From positions 1,660 to 65,659 of the IMG/VR virus record IMGVR_UViG_3300002220_000568: 64,000 bases of DNA. One strand, 5' to 3'. Below the pieces are notes generated by a model. It did no database searches. It saw only the letters and a program-made list of their open reading frames with translations, and had not been told where the DNA came from. The stretch is from a virus. Taxonomy: Duplodnaviria > Caudoviricetes. Made by a program: the position numbers and the translations under genes. How positions within the stretch are numbered: the stretch's first letter is position 1; each line of letters begins with the position of its first letter. Below, in pieces: positions 55,588 to 64,000 of the stretch.

Positions 55588-55883
55588 TTATAGGATTCCA
55601 ACTTTTTTAGCTCTTCATCTATTGCAGTTTGTCGGTTTACATCAAATATTTTGCGGTCAGTTGCCTGGATCATGCGCTTTTCACTTTTTAAACCTTCAAT
55701 TGTTATGGATTTTTGCATCTCAACTTTAGTAGGAATTGAATCTAACCTAGTATTAATTAGCTTATCCTGTTTTTCAAGTTTACTTAATTTACGAGAAGTT
55801 CCACAATTTTGAATGAATAGTAGTAAAAACGCTAACCCTAAACCAACAATGATTTTAGCGATATGCTTTTCTGTGAAAGTCAT
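55584..55883 (-). CDS. Lipoprotein with coiled coil (o-spanin-like candidate)
   Basis: LAFLLLFIQN|C lipobox; late box at 55900. Confidence 0.65.
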   Translation of the reverse strand: MTFTEKHIAKIIVGLGLAFLLLFIQNCGTSRKLSKLEKQDKLINTRLDSIPTKVEMQKSITIEGLKSEKRMIQATDRKIFDVNRQTAIDEELKKLESYK

Positions 55884-55903
55884 TAGTGTTTGTTTTTGTT
55901 TAT

Positions 55904-56410
55904 TTATTTCGCAGTCATTAGATTACTAATCCATGCATATATTATTTCATATTGCATAGCCCCCAATGCCAAAAAATAGACAAGCATACTTGCGGAAAAT
56001 AGCCAAAATGCTACATATATAATATTCCATATATTAGCAGTTGGCCGATATTTTATCTGAATAAGATACGCATAATAATTGTCGTCTTTAATTCGTTCAG
56101 TTTTGGCTTCGATTAATTCGCCAAGATCAGCCTTTTCAAATAGTGGCTTTTTTCGACCTAGTGATTCAAAAACTCTACTGCGCTCCAATTCAAGAACTTC
56201 ATCTCCCATCATTAATGTTTCAGGTTCCAAATTTAAAGCGTAATATGCCCGATTTCTTCGGTCAAGACGCATTCCGTTTTGTTTTAATGACCCGTCTTTC
56301 AAAAAACGTTTCATTGTTTTGTTATAAAATCGCCAATTTACAAAATTACGAATAACTTTTTTTAGAGTATCGTAAAATGTTCGTGGACTAATTATTTCTC
56401 GAAGTGTCAT
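55904..56410 (-). CDS. Membrane-anchored hypothetical protein
   Basis: 168 aa with a C-terminal TM helix. Confidence 0.7.
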   Translation of the reverse strand: MTLREIISPRTFYDTLKKVIRNFVNWRFYNKTMKRFLKDGSLKQNGMRLDRRNRAYYALNLEPETLMMGDEVLELERSRVFESLGRKKPLFEKADLGELIEAKTERIKDDNYYAYLIQIKYRPTANIWNIIYVAFWLFSASMLVYFLALGAMQYEIIYAWISNLMTAK

Positions 56411-56412
56411 TA

Positions 56413-57066
56413 TTAGAAGTATTCGTTAATTTGTTCAACCATATGCGGGTTATTTTCTAAAACTCGATCTTTTAACATTTTTCGTGCTTTACGAATTTTA
56501 GTTTTTACCGTATTCAAATTCATTTTATATTTGTCAGCAATATCATTACCCTTCATTAGATTGATTTCTTTATCTATGAGGATTTGTTTTTCAAGACTAT
56601 CTGGTAATCCAAATAATTCAAGGTGTGTCATTGCAAACAAAGATTGTAAGTATTCTTCTCTTTCTAGAGTAACAGCAGACAAATCTTCAATAACTGGTGA
56701 CTTAACTAAACTGTCAAGTTTAACAGTCATTTGATGTGTTATTTTGTGTTTATGCAAAAGAGCTTCATTTTTTGCAATTGTATAAATCCAAGTAGTAAAT
56801 CTAAACTTATCATTATATGACTCTAATCCTTTAAAAATTTTAAATAATGTATTATGCAAAACTTCTTCAGTCTCTATTGGGTCATTAAAAAACTTCCAAA
56901 TAAAAAATTTAAGTTTTGGATACATAATTGAGGCTAACCGGTTTCTGTCTTTTTCTGTGTAATTTTTACTGTTAACTTTTTCAGCGAGTTCTTGCATTTC
57001 ATCGTTTAACTGTTTGTTGATTGCATCGTAGGAATTCATAAGAGTTGGGTTTTTTTTGGCATTCAA
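56413..57066 (-). CDS. ECF-type sigma-70 factor
   Basis: EEVLHNTLFKIFKGLESYNDKFRFTTWIYTIAKNE; region 4 DIADKYKMNLNTVKTKIRKAR. Confidence 0.9.
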   Translation of the reverse strand: MNAKKNPTLMNSYDAINKQLNDEMQELAEKVNSKNYTEKDRNRLASIMYPKLKFFIWKFFNDPIETEEVLHNTLFKIFKGLESYNDKFRFTTWIYTIAKNEALLHKHKITHQMTVKLDSLVKSPVIEDLSAVTLEREEYLQSLFAMTHLELFGLPDSLEKQILIDKEINLMKGNDIADKYKMNLNTVKTKIRKARKMLKDRVLENNPHMVEQINEYF

Positions 57067-57798
57067 TTATTTTAAAAAGCGGTGCTGTGAGTTCTGATCT
57101 TTCCAGTGTTCGTATCGTTTAATCAATTGAATAAGAATTTCTTTGCGCATAACGTCTTCCTCATTAAAAGTATGTACTGCTAAACCAGGTAGGCCATCCA
57201 TAATTTTAATAAAATCAGGAAGAGCTATTTGATCTCTAGCTATATCAGATTGGCTAACATCACCACAAACTAATGCCTTTGAACCCTTTCCTAGTCTGGT
57301 TATAAACAGCATAAGTTGTTTAAAATTAGCATTTTGTGATTCATCTAATATCATCAGACAGTCATCAAACGTTGCTCCACGCATATGAGCTAATGGTCTA
57401 AATTCAATGACGCCGACCTCTTCAAGCCAGTCAATAATTCTTGGATCCCGCAGTAATTTTACTAAATTCGATCGATAACTTTCCATATATGGATCAATTT
57501 TTTCTCGAACATCACCGGGTAAGAATCCAAGTTTTTCGCCTGACTCTTGAATTGGTTTAGATAGAATGATTTTTGTGATTTTGCCAGAAAGATATAGTTT
57601 TAGCGCTGCATAGCAGGCGGTAAAGGTTTTACTTGTTCCAGCTGGACCATAACAAAACGTAATATCATTTTCGAATATTGCGTTTAAATACTTGAGTTGT
57701 GATGGTTTAAACTTTACTGGGTGCAAAGAATTTTCATTAAATTCAGAATCTGTTTTTTTCTTAGTTACTTTTCGTGGTTCTCTTAGTTGTTTTGCCAT
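57067..57798 (-). CDS. phoH: PhoH-family ATPase
   Basis: GPAGTSKT, LGFLPGD, RPLAHMRG, LDESQN, GDVSQSD. Confidence 0.95.
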   Translation of the reverse strand: MAKQLREPRKVTKKKTDSEFNENSLHPVKFKPSQLKYLNAIFENDITFCYGPAGTSKTFTACYAALKLYLSGKITKIILSKPIQESGEKLGFLPGDVREKIDPYMESYRSNLVKLLRDPRIIDWLEEVGVIEFRPLAHMRGATFDDCLMILDESQNANFKQLMLFITRLGKGSKALVCGDVSQSDIARDQIALPDFIKIMDGLPGLAVHTFNEEDVMRKEILIQLIKRYEHWKDQNSQHRFLK

Positions 57799-58150
57799 TC
57801 GTTTGTTTTTTTTTCACCTGTGTACAAAGATTTTTCTGTAAAGTTCTGCACTTAACGCACATTTCATAGTCTTCTATCTCTTCAAAAAATTTTGTTGCTC
57901 TTTGTAATACGCCTGTCCATTCATCTTTTTTTGCAATTATGTCAACTTCTTCTTCTAGAATTTTTATCTTTTTAATATATATGACATCAAGATCTGATAT
58001 TCTAGCAGAATCAATTGCATCAATCAACCTAATAAAAATTTGTTTTTTATTAGACAAATAATTGGCAGCTTCATCAGATTTTTTCATTTTCTTGTTGTCT
58101 ATATTTTTCAACCATTTCTTTATATTGTCGAAGTTCTTCAGTATCACCAT
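57761..58150 (-). CDS. Hypothetical protein (true start probably near 58090)
   Basis: FFEEIEDYEMCVKC UVR-like motif. Confidence 0.6.
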   Translation of the reverse strand: MVILKNFDNIKKWLKNIDNKKMKKSDEAANYLSNKKQIFIRLIDAIDSARISDLDVIYIKKIKILEEEVDIIAKKDEWTGVLQRATKFFEEIEDYEMCVKCRTLQKNLCTQVKKKQTNGKTTKRTTKSN

Positions 58151-60092
58151 TACCGTAGAACCTACTAGTTAATTCACGATAGTTAGCAATGTAATCTTCA
58201 TTGGACTTTACATTAGACCCAGAACTTCTAGCAATGCCTGAAGTATTTAGTGAATTAATTGTACCATAATCATATTTGGTTCCACCTGCATTATAATAAA
58301 TTTCTTTCAAGTATTTTTCATGCACTTCTGCTAAATAGCTAGGACTCACTCTATCTAATTCAGAATTAGCAATTTCCCAAAAATTCGGCGATTCAAAAAA
58401 TGCTGATATATTAACACAGGTCATTGCCAAATCGTCATTACCACTTTGGCTTCGATATGTTCCATTTTTAGTTCTACCAAATGATCCAAGTTCATGTAAT
58501 GTTCGAAATTCATTAGGTAGTATTTTATTCACAGCTGTTAAATATTTAAAACGTTCACAAAACTTTATCTTGTTCGTCATTGTTAGACGCAATCCTGGTT
58601 TCCAGGTTTGGGATACTTCTGTATGTTTTGAAAAGACAAGCATCCCACTCCAAAAGTTTTCATTTTTAGTGATCTTCTCTAAGATATACTCGCCTTTATG
58701 ATTTAGTTCTACTAATAATCGAACTTTTTCTGGTTGAAATACATTAAATAATATGTGTTCTAGTGAATTACAATACTGGTTAATGTCTTTAGTATTTGTA
58801 CGAAATGTACCAACCTGAACCAATGCAAATATATCAGTTTCAACTTTTATGAAATCCTTAACTAATTCTAACATATTTAACGGAAGAGCTACAAATTTGA
58901 AAATATTAACAATTGAATAATCTCGATTTAGACCATCTGCTGTATCAACTGATAAAATATACGTGTTTCCATCATTCCGAATGTCATCTATTGTTAATTT
59001 AGCCATATTTGGATGAAATGATAAACCGTCAAGCAAATCAATAACATCTGGTTCTTGTGCCCAATCTGGAATAACATAGTCGGTTTTAAGATTAAAAAGT
59101 TTCTTAAGTGTTTTTGAGGATAATAACAATACATCAGATGAAAAAAATTGTAAACCATATTCTTGATTGAAATCTTCTTCAGAACCTAAGTTTGCAATTG
59201 TAAATTTTTTCCAATTTTCATCTCTTCCTGGGACTTGCCACCAGTCTACTCGTAATGGTACATATTCACTACGCCCTTCTACAGCATCCATATAAATTTC
59301 ATAGAATTTATTCATACCGTTAGGAGTCGATGTAATAATAATCTTAGACTGAGTGGATGCTGAAATAGTTGGGTAAATAGCCCGATAAAAAAAGTTCAAG
59401 TATGATGGGTTAATGTGGGCAAACTCATCAATGTATAGCAAATTGATAGCAAAACCAATACCTGTATTTTTAGTAGTTGTTCTACCTATTAATCTACAGC
59501 CATTGTCAAATTTCATAGACATTACATTGTTAGAAATACAACCAGGTTTTAAAAAGAATGGCAAATTTTCAAGTATAGATTTAATTTTATCTAAAACTTC
59601 TTTAGTTGTTGTTGCAATATTCGCTACAACTAGAACATTCTTATCAGTATTAAATATTAGAAACCATGCAATAAAGATAGCTGACATTACAGATTTACCA
59701 ATCTGCCGAGACGCATCTAATATATTAAACCGATTTTTCTTAAATGCACTTAATATTTCTTCTTGGTAATCCCTAAGTATTATTTGTTGAATACCCTCTT
59801 CTGTCATTACTTGCGCATACTTATTTGCAAAATAAATAACATCTGCTTTACATTTACGAATTTCCTCTACTTCTTCAGGTGTATATTCAAAAATTAAATT
59901 AGCCTTTTTCCAAGAAACTTCATTATCTTTAAATGGTGAATTTCGTACAGTTTTTATATCAATTGCACCATTTTCAATATCATCTAATAATTTAGTATAT
60001 CGATTTGTAGTCCAAATCGCTAAATTATCCTGATCTAAATTCGATAATTTTATCGAAGATGATCCACCTGTATTCGTTATAAAGTCTTTCAT
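58074..60092 (-). CDS. terL: Terminase large subunit (T4 gp17-like)
   Basis: ASRQIGKS (Walker A), LLYIDEFA (Walker B), STPNG, SVDTADG, NDDLAM. Confidence 0.97.
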   Translation of the reverse strand: MKDFITNTGGSSSIKLSNLDQDNLAIWTTNRYTKLLDDIENGAIDIKTVRNSPFKDNEVSWKKANLIFEYTPEEVEEIRKCKADVIYFANKYAQVMTEEGIQQIILRDYQEEILSAFKKNRFNILDASRQIGKSVMSAIFIAWFLIFNTDKNVLVVANIATTTKEVLDKIKSILENLPFFLKPGCISNNVMSMKFDNGCRLIGRTTTKNTGIGFAINLLYIDEFAHINPSYLNFFYRAIYPTISASTQSKIIITSTPNGMNKFYEIYMDAVEGRSEYVPLRVDWWQVPGRDENWKKFTIANLGSEEDFNQEYGLQFFSSDVLLLSSKTLKKLFNLKTDYVIPDWAQEPDVIDLLDGLSFHPNMAKLTIDDIRNDGNTYILSVDTADGLNRDYSIVNIFKFVALPLNMLELVKDFIKVETDIFALVQVGTFRTNTKDINQYCNSLEHILFNVFQPEKVRLLVELNHKGEYILEKITKNENFWSGMLVFSKHTEVSQTWKPGLRLTMTNKIKFCERFKYLTAVNKILPNEFRTLHELGSFGRTKNGTYRSQSGNDDLAMTCVNISAFFESPNFWEIANSELDRVSPSYLAEVHEKYLKEIYYNAGGTKYDYGTINSLNTSGIARSSGSNVKSNEDYIANYRELTSRFYGNGDTEELRQYKEMVEKYRQQENEKI

Positions 60093-60820
60093 ATTAATGC
60101 ATTAACGTCATCTGATAAATCGTCTATTGAGTCTTCTGTGACTTTTTGAGAAACTCCAAATTGTTCCATTACTTGAAGTTTTTTACCTGGATGGGTTAAA
60201 TGGCGATCGTCATCCGGTTCTATTTCCTCGACGATTATATCTTTCATTATATTTTTTGTGCCTGCTGTTATATAAAAATCTTTAGGCTCAGTAATTAGTG
60301 GTGTAACAGAAGATTGTGATCCGCGTTGAGTAATATCCTGGTTCATCTTCTTATATGTATCTTCTAAGAACAAAACATAATTCGCTTGTGTTTTTATAAC
60401 ATTAGTTAATTTATCTTGCAATTGCCCAAATACTTCAAAAAGTCTTGGGTGAGTATTCCCTTGATTTATTTCCTCAGCTATCTTTTCAATAGCCATGCGT
60501 AATGTTTTTAATTGAAAAAAGATATTTTGAATATTTGAATTATCTAAAATTCGTTTTTGTACTAAATATTCATTTGAGTCAATTACTCCTAAATCAACAT
60601 AAAATTTGAGCATAGAGCCAGTTATTTCCTTAGCCTGTTTCTCAAACTTTTTATTCATTTCCCCGAAATCTATCGGTGGCGCAGCAATAATTTCACCCAA
60701 TTGTTCGTCAATCACATCTTCTTCCGGAACATGCGGATTATTAGAATAACCGCGCAATAAATCTTCTAATTCGCCTCGAATTTGAGACTTTTTTTCTTTG
60801 TTAAAAACTGGTTGGGCCAT
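60089..60820 (-). CDS. Putative terminase small subunit
   Basis: Helical protein immediately upstream of terL; HPRLFEVFGQL. Confidence 0.5.
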   Translation of the reverse strand: MAQPVFNKEKKSQIRGELEDLLRGYSNNPHVPEEDVIDEQLGEIIAAPPIDFGEMNKKFEKQAKEITGSMLKFYVDLGVIDSNEYLVQKRILDNSNIQNIFFQLKTLRMAIEKIAEEINQGNTHPRLFEVFGQLQDKLTNVIKTQANYVLFLEDTYKKMNQDITQRGSQSSVTPLITEPKDFYITAGTKNIMKDIIVEEIEPDDDRHLTHPGKKLQVMEQFGVSQKVTEDSIDDLSDDVNALI

Positions 60821-61065
60821 TAGTTTATCCTATTTTCGTTTTTATCTAGTGCTGGATTAGCAAAGATTTTTAATTGCTTAACTGCCTCAATATGTTCATA
60901 GATAAAAGATTCCATATATCGTAAGAATGAATCTAATATTGCATTTGAACCGAACATTTGGTTAGATAGTGATTTTCTTAAAACCTGGTCTTTATATCTA
61001 AAGCCTAAATGCAAACGTTTATCTTTTCTATTATAAACTGTCCAATATATAGAATTTCTTATCAT
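60820..61065 (-). CDS. Conserved hypothetical protein
   Basis: 81 aa; translationally coupled to its neighbours. Confidence 0.6.
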   Translation of the reverse strand: MIRNSIYWTVYNRKDKRLHLGFRYKDQVLRKSLSNQMFGSNAILDSFLRYMESFIYEHIEAVKQLKIFANPALDKNENRIN

Positions 61066-62693
61066 AGTAATGTTAGTTTTTTACGGTTTGCTTTTTTTGC
61101 TTTTATTTCTACATTTACTGCACCTAATGATGTATCTGAAATACCTTCAGCATAAGAATTTCCATATCGATCAGTCCAGCCACCTCTAATTACTGGAAAT
61201 TCATCTATTTTCATTATTATATCATTAAATTCATCCAGCCCAACAAATGAATTTTGATCTTTTTCTGGATTTTGTATAAATGATAGTTCATTAAGTTCTG
61301 ATACGACTGAGATACTTACAGAGTCAACACCATTAACGGATTCGACTACTGTAATTAAATCACTCTTTGGCACTCTATCATTACGTGATAATTTAATAAA
61401 GTAATTACCAATTACGCTTATGTTCAATACATATTTTATAAGAGTTGGATCAAGTAATGAGATTTCGGTTGATACTGCTTTTGTACCAGATCGCTCTATG
61501 TATTTTAAAAGCTCATTTTTTTGAAATTGAGTTAATACAAATTTGTCCAATCCTAACTTAAAATAATCAGCACTGGTTTTAAAAAGTTGAGTAACATCAG
61601 GTATCAAAAAGACATTAATCAGTCGTCTGTCTAATTCATTAAGAAAAACTCTAACTGTTGAAAACATTTGCATTTTGTGTAATAACACCTCATAATTATC
61701 AATATTAACAAGTGCAAAATTCTTTGATGCTTTTGGCGCAATAAGTCTAGTGAGTTCAATATCCTCAGGATCAACTCCAAAACTCGGTGGGCTAATTGTA
61801 GCAATATCAAAATATTCGTTTAGGTTTATTTCTTCGCCTAGTGGAGAAAATGCAGTTTCTGCAAAAGTAAATCTTACTTGGGCTGGATCATCTACTCTAA
61901 TATTACCACCAGCACCTTCAGATACTAAGTATTCTAAAATGATTTCACTACCTGCATCAGGAATTCTGCCCATAGATCCATTACCAAAATATAAGTCAAG
62001 GCCATTTGTTATGCCGGTTCGAGTAATAAAGCCCTTTGCATTTCTTGGAATATCAAGTAATGATTCATATTTTGTCCATTGTTCTCCATTTACATAGCAA
62101 TTTACTTTAAATTGATCAATATAAAAATTATTTGGAAAACCTATACTAAAACTGTCTAGGGGTTTACCTTTAGCTGTAACCGTTTGACTTTCAATATTTC
62201 CTTGTCGAATACTAAAAACTGCCATTGTTTCCGCACCAGTTAAATTGAGTCTAACTTCATCTTGTGGCAATTCCATAATATACGTTAATCCATTGTTTGA
62301 ACAGGTAAGTCTAAACATATTATTTAGAATTACTTTATTCGTAGTTGGTATTATTCCAGGTTTTCTCAATAATCGAACTTGAGCAGTTGATCCAATTGCC
62401 CTACTTGGGTTATGGCCAGATAATGAAGCTAAACTATAAATAGAAGATGCTCTAGACGCTTCATTTATATTTAGTTCTGTAATTGAATCCTCGATATAAT
62501 AGAAAATTAATTGGCTAAGATTTTCAAAAACTATTAATAATTGACCAAACGGAGAAGCTGCAGTAAAAATAGCTCGTCCTTGTTTAAATGTTTCTTGAAG
62601 ATATGTGATAGTTTCGCCAAGTATATCAGAGATTCTAATCTTCAAACTTGTGAAGAGTCTCAATGAACTATTTTGACTTGAGAGGTTGGCCAT
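61062..62693 (-). CDS. Baseplate wedge protein (T4 gp6/baseplate-J-like)
   Basis: ASIYSLASLSGHNPSRA, DLYFGNGSMGRIP, YLVSEGAGGN, GGWTDRYG; TATAAATA at 62717. Confidence 0.85.
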   Translation of the reverse strand: MANLSSQNSSLRLFTSLKIRISDILGETITYLQETFKQGRAIFTAASPFGQLLIVFENLSQLIFYYIEDSITELNINEASRASSIYSLASLSGHNPSRAIGSTAQVRLLRKPGIIPTTNKVILNNMFRLTCSNNGLTYIMELPQDEVRLNLTGAETMAVFSIRQGNIESQTVTAKGKPLDSFSIGFPNNFYIDQFKVNCYVNGEQWTKYESLLDIPRNAKGFITRTGITNGLDLYFGNGSMGRIPDAGSEIILEYLVSEGAGGNIRVDDPAQVRFTFAETAFSPLGEEINLNEYFDIATISPPSFGVDPEDIELTRLIAPKASKNFALVNIDNYEVLLHKMQMFSTVRVFLNELDRRLINVFLIPDVTQLFKTSADYFKLGLDKFVLTQFQKNELLKYIERSGTKAVSTEISLLDPTLIKYVLNISVIGNYFIKLSRNDRVPKSDLITVVESVNGVDSVSISVVSELNELSFIQNPEKDQNSFVGLDEFNDIIMKIDEFPVIRGGWTDRYGNSYAEGISDTSLGAVNVEIKAKKANRKKLTLL

Positions 62694-62797
62694 TTACTAA
62701 AGGTATCTTTTCTTATTATTTATATCCCATTTGAATTAATTCAAATACTTAAGTAAACCAACTATAAATAATCATAGTATAATAAGTACGAATATTT

Positions 62798-63203
62798 GGG
62801 GTCGGCAGGTTATTGACGTAAGTTTAACCGGTTAGACTTGCACGCCGAGGATGATAAATCTCGATAAACTTATCAAACACGTAAGTGGCAACACTTCATT
62901 TTGGAGCATTGTTAACGAGTCTCTCGTTAATGAAAGCGTTGAAGAACTAGCATTAGTTGCTTAAACATTGGGCCGCACTTGCCCAATTTCATACGACCAA
63001 ATGTGCGAATGCGGGAAAAGGGCAATAAGTACCGCTTTGAAGATTGTCGAAGCCCAATATCGGCAAGTATTCACTGACTGAGTCTTATGTCAGCTCAAAA
63101 AATAAAGGCAAAAAATTTGTCGGCTTAGAAAAACCGAATAAGCGTGTGAATGAAAGTTTAATTTGTTGCTTGGCGGACGTGGGTTCGAATCCCATCGGCT
63201 CCT
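62798..63203 (+). ncRNA. ssrA: tmRNA (transfer-messenger RNA)
   Basis: 5' GGGGTCG pairs with 3' CGGCTCC including G3-U70; T-arm gtggg-ttcgaat-cccat; tag frame 62887-62964 GNTSFWSIVNESLVNESVEELALVA* after TAAGT. Confidence 0.92.
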
Positions 63204-63220
63204 CGATTTAGAGAAAGATC

Positions 63221-63250
63221 AAAAATAGCAGCTAACTGGCTGCTATTTTT
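63221..63250 (+). terminator. Intrinsic terminator after tmRNA
   Basis: aaaaatagcagc-taactg-gctgctattttt. Confidence 0.85.
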
Positions 63251-63268
63251 GTGTGAATAAATAACTGT

Positions 63269-64000
63269 ATGAAGACTCTAAACACAGATGACATTTTTCT
63301 TAGAAATTTATCAATATCCTTTCTTGATTTATTAAATAGCGTAATGACTATAAATATTGCAAGAAATGATAGTACCGAAACGTATAATGTTCCATTTATG
63401 TATAATTATGGAACAGATGAAGGTTTTTTAAAAGATTTTTATATTGGACTACCTGCTGATTGCCGAATTCCAGTAGCAGAAGGGACATATGATATGATTC
63501 CTAGAGGAATTGTTACGCTAAATTCATTCCAAATAAAAAGTAGTGATATTACTAATCGTTTCGTTAGGGGTCAGTTTACTCAAACGGAAAAGAATATAAA
63601 AGACGAAAATATTCTTACTGGGTATTCTGCACAACTGTATGCTTTACCTATGCAAATAAAATTCGATATCAAAGTTATAACAGCTAGCATAAATCAAGCA
63701 TTTAAAATTGCAGAAAATATTTTAGATCTAACTTATAGCAATAGAGTAATGTATTTTAGATATAAAGGAACTCGTATTCCAGCGCAATTTCATTTTCCAG
63801 AAAATGAAAATATTGATAAAAAGTACACTTTCACATATGCAGATAATAATAAACTGCTTTTGAATTTATCAGTTGAGGTGGAAACATATTTCCCAAGTTT
63901 CGAGCAATCTTCTAAAAGGTTGAGTAGAAATATAATGGAACGCATTCAATTAAAAACATTTGATCAGAATGATAATTTAATCAATACTAATTGGGTAGAT
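63269..64000 (+). CDS. T4 gp15-like tail sheath stabiliser/completion protein (runs off the right edge)
   Basis: Hand-translated MKTLNTDDIFLRNL...NVPFMYNYG...IPRGIVTL...ALPMQIKFDIKV; open for 244 codons; late box at 63256. Confidence 0.7.
   Translation, partial: MKTLNTDDIFLRNLSISFLDLLNSVMTINIARNDSTETYNVPFMYNYGTDEGFLKDFYIGLPADCRIPVAEGTYDMIPRGIVTLNSFQIKSSDITNRFVRGQFTQTEKNIKDENILTGYSAQLYALPMQIKFDIKVITASINQAFKIAENILDLTYSNRVMYFRYKGTRIPAQFHFPENENIDKKYTFTYADNNKLLLNLSVEVETYFPSFEQSSKRLSRNIMERIQLKTFDQNDNLINTNWVD

Larger units (their letters stand above)
27261..62783. promoter_or_regulatory. Third (middle-like) promoter class, RGTATA(A/T)T
   Basis: Minus-strand copies at 27261-27268, 36309-36316, 40096-40103 and 45400-45407 (also 143-150, 6103-6110, 13657-13664); plus-strand copy at 62776-62783. 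Each is 6-26 nt upstream of an operon start, mostly DNA-metabolism operons. Confidence 0.55.
833..63263. promoter_or_regulatory. T4-like late promoter family (N)ATAAATA
   Basis: Minus-strand copies at 833, 6268, 10801, 18999, 20571, 38185, 43251, 47261, 47289, 52018, 53242, 55900, 62717. Plus-strand copies at 14086, 15562, 19018, 20615, 23292, 27342, 38215, 62763, 63256. Most lie just upstream of a structural gene; they match the T4 gp55 consensus TATAAATA. Confidence 0.8.

Noticed and set aside
379-62097. Numerous short opposite-strand ORFs in the track (e.g. 379-774, 8638-9003, 14916-15329, 41686-42375, 50484-50942, 59413-59769, 61750-62097)
   Set aside because: They are antisense shadows of well-supported genes, are Ser/Leu/Phe-rich and lack promoter support.
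62798-63206. tRNA gene, or a prophage attachment site at the ssrA 3' end
   Set aside because: The T-arm pairs with a 5' acceptor strand 400 nt upstream (tmRNA architecture). There is no anticodon arm, integrase or duplicated 3' end. I saw no tRNA genes elsewhere by eye.
1-64000. Alternative genetic code (TAG or TGA reassignment as in Lak/crAss-like phages)
   Set aside because: Long conserved genes (terL, ligase, thyA, baseplate) are intact in code 11, and TAA, TAG and TGA all end well-bounded genes.

Overview
AT-rich segment of a large T4-like (jumbo myovirus-type) phage genome, read in the standard genetic code. The likely host is Bacteroidota, based on DUF3127 and DUF4494 genes, TANNTTTG-type promoters, a Bacteroidota-like RpoD and tmRNA, and Sec/lipoprotein signals. 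Positions 1-10.7 kb hold short minus-strand early gene cassettes behind 14 copies of one promoter, including an RpoD-like sigma factor. Positions 10.8-12.0 kb are a largely non-coding, origin-like region with CGATCG-core repeats, a divergent promoter and a CCWGG-rich inverted-repeat cluster. Positions 14-45 kb mix late virion genes with DNA-metabolism operons (thyA, exonucleases, guanylate kinase, DNA ligase, NADAR) and two glycosyltransferase loci; many of the late proteins share a T4 capsid-targeting-like N-terminus. Positions 45-64 kb are a morphogenesis module (gp26-like, ECF sigma, PhoH, terminase, baseplate wedge, gp15-like) containing a phage tmRNA. Best leads: (1) a repertoire of apparently head-packaged enzymes (ATP-grasp ligase, GNAT-like, peptidase); (2) two candidate programmed frameshifts; (3) an orphan fragment resembling the end of a type I R-M hsdM gene; (4) a BGT-like glycosyltransferase plus FkbM operon; (5) a heptosyltransferase locus; (6) two candidate structured RNAs. 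All family calls come from motif recognition by eye; no searches were run.
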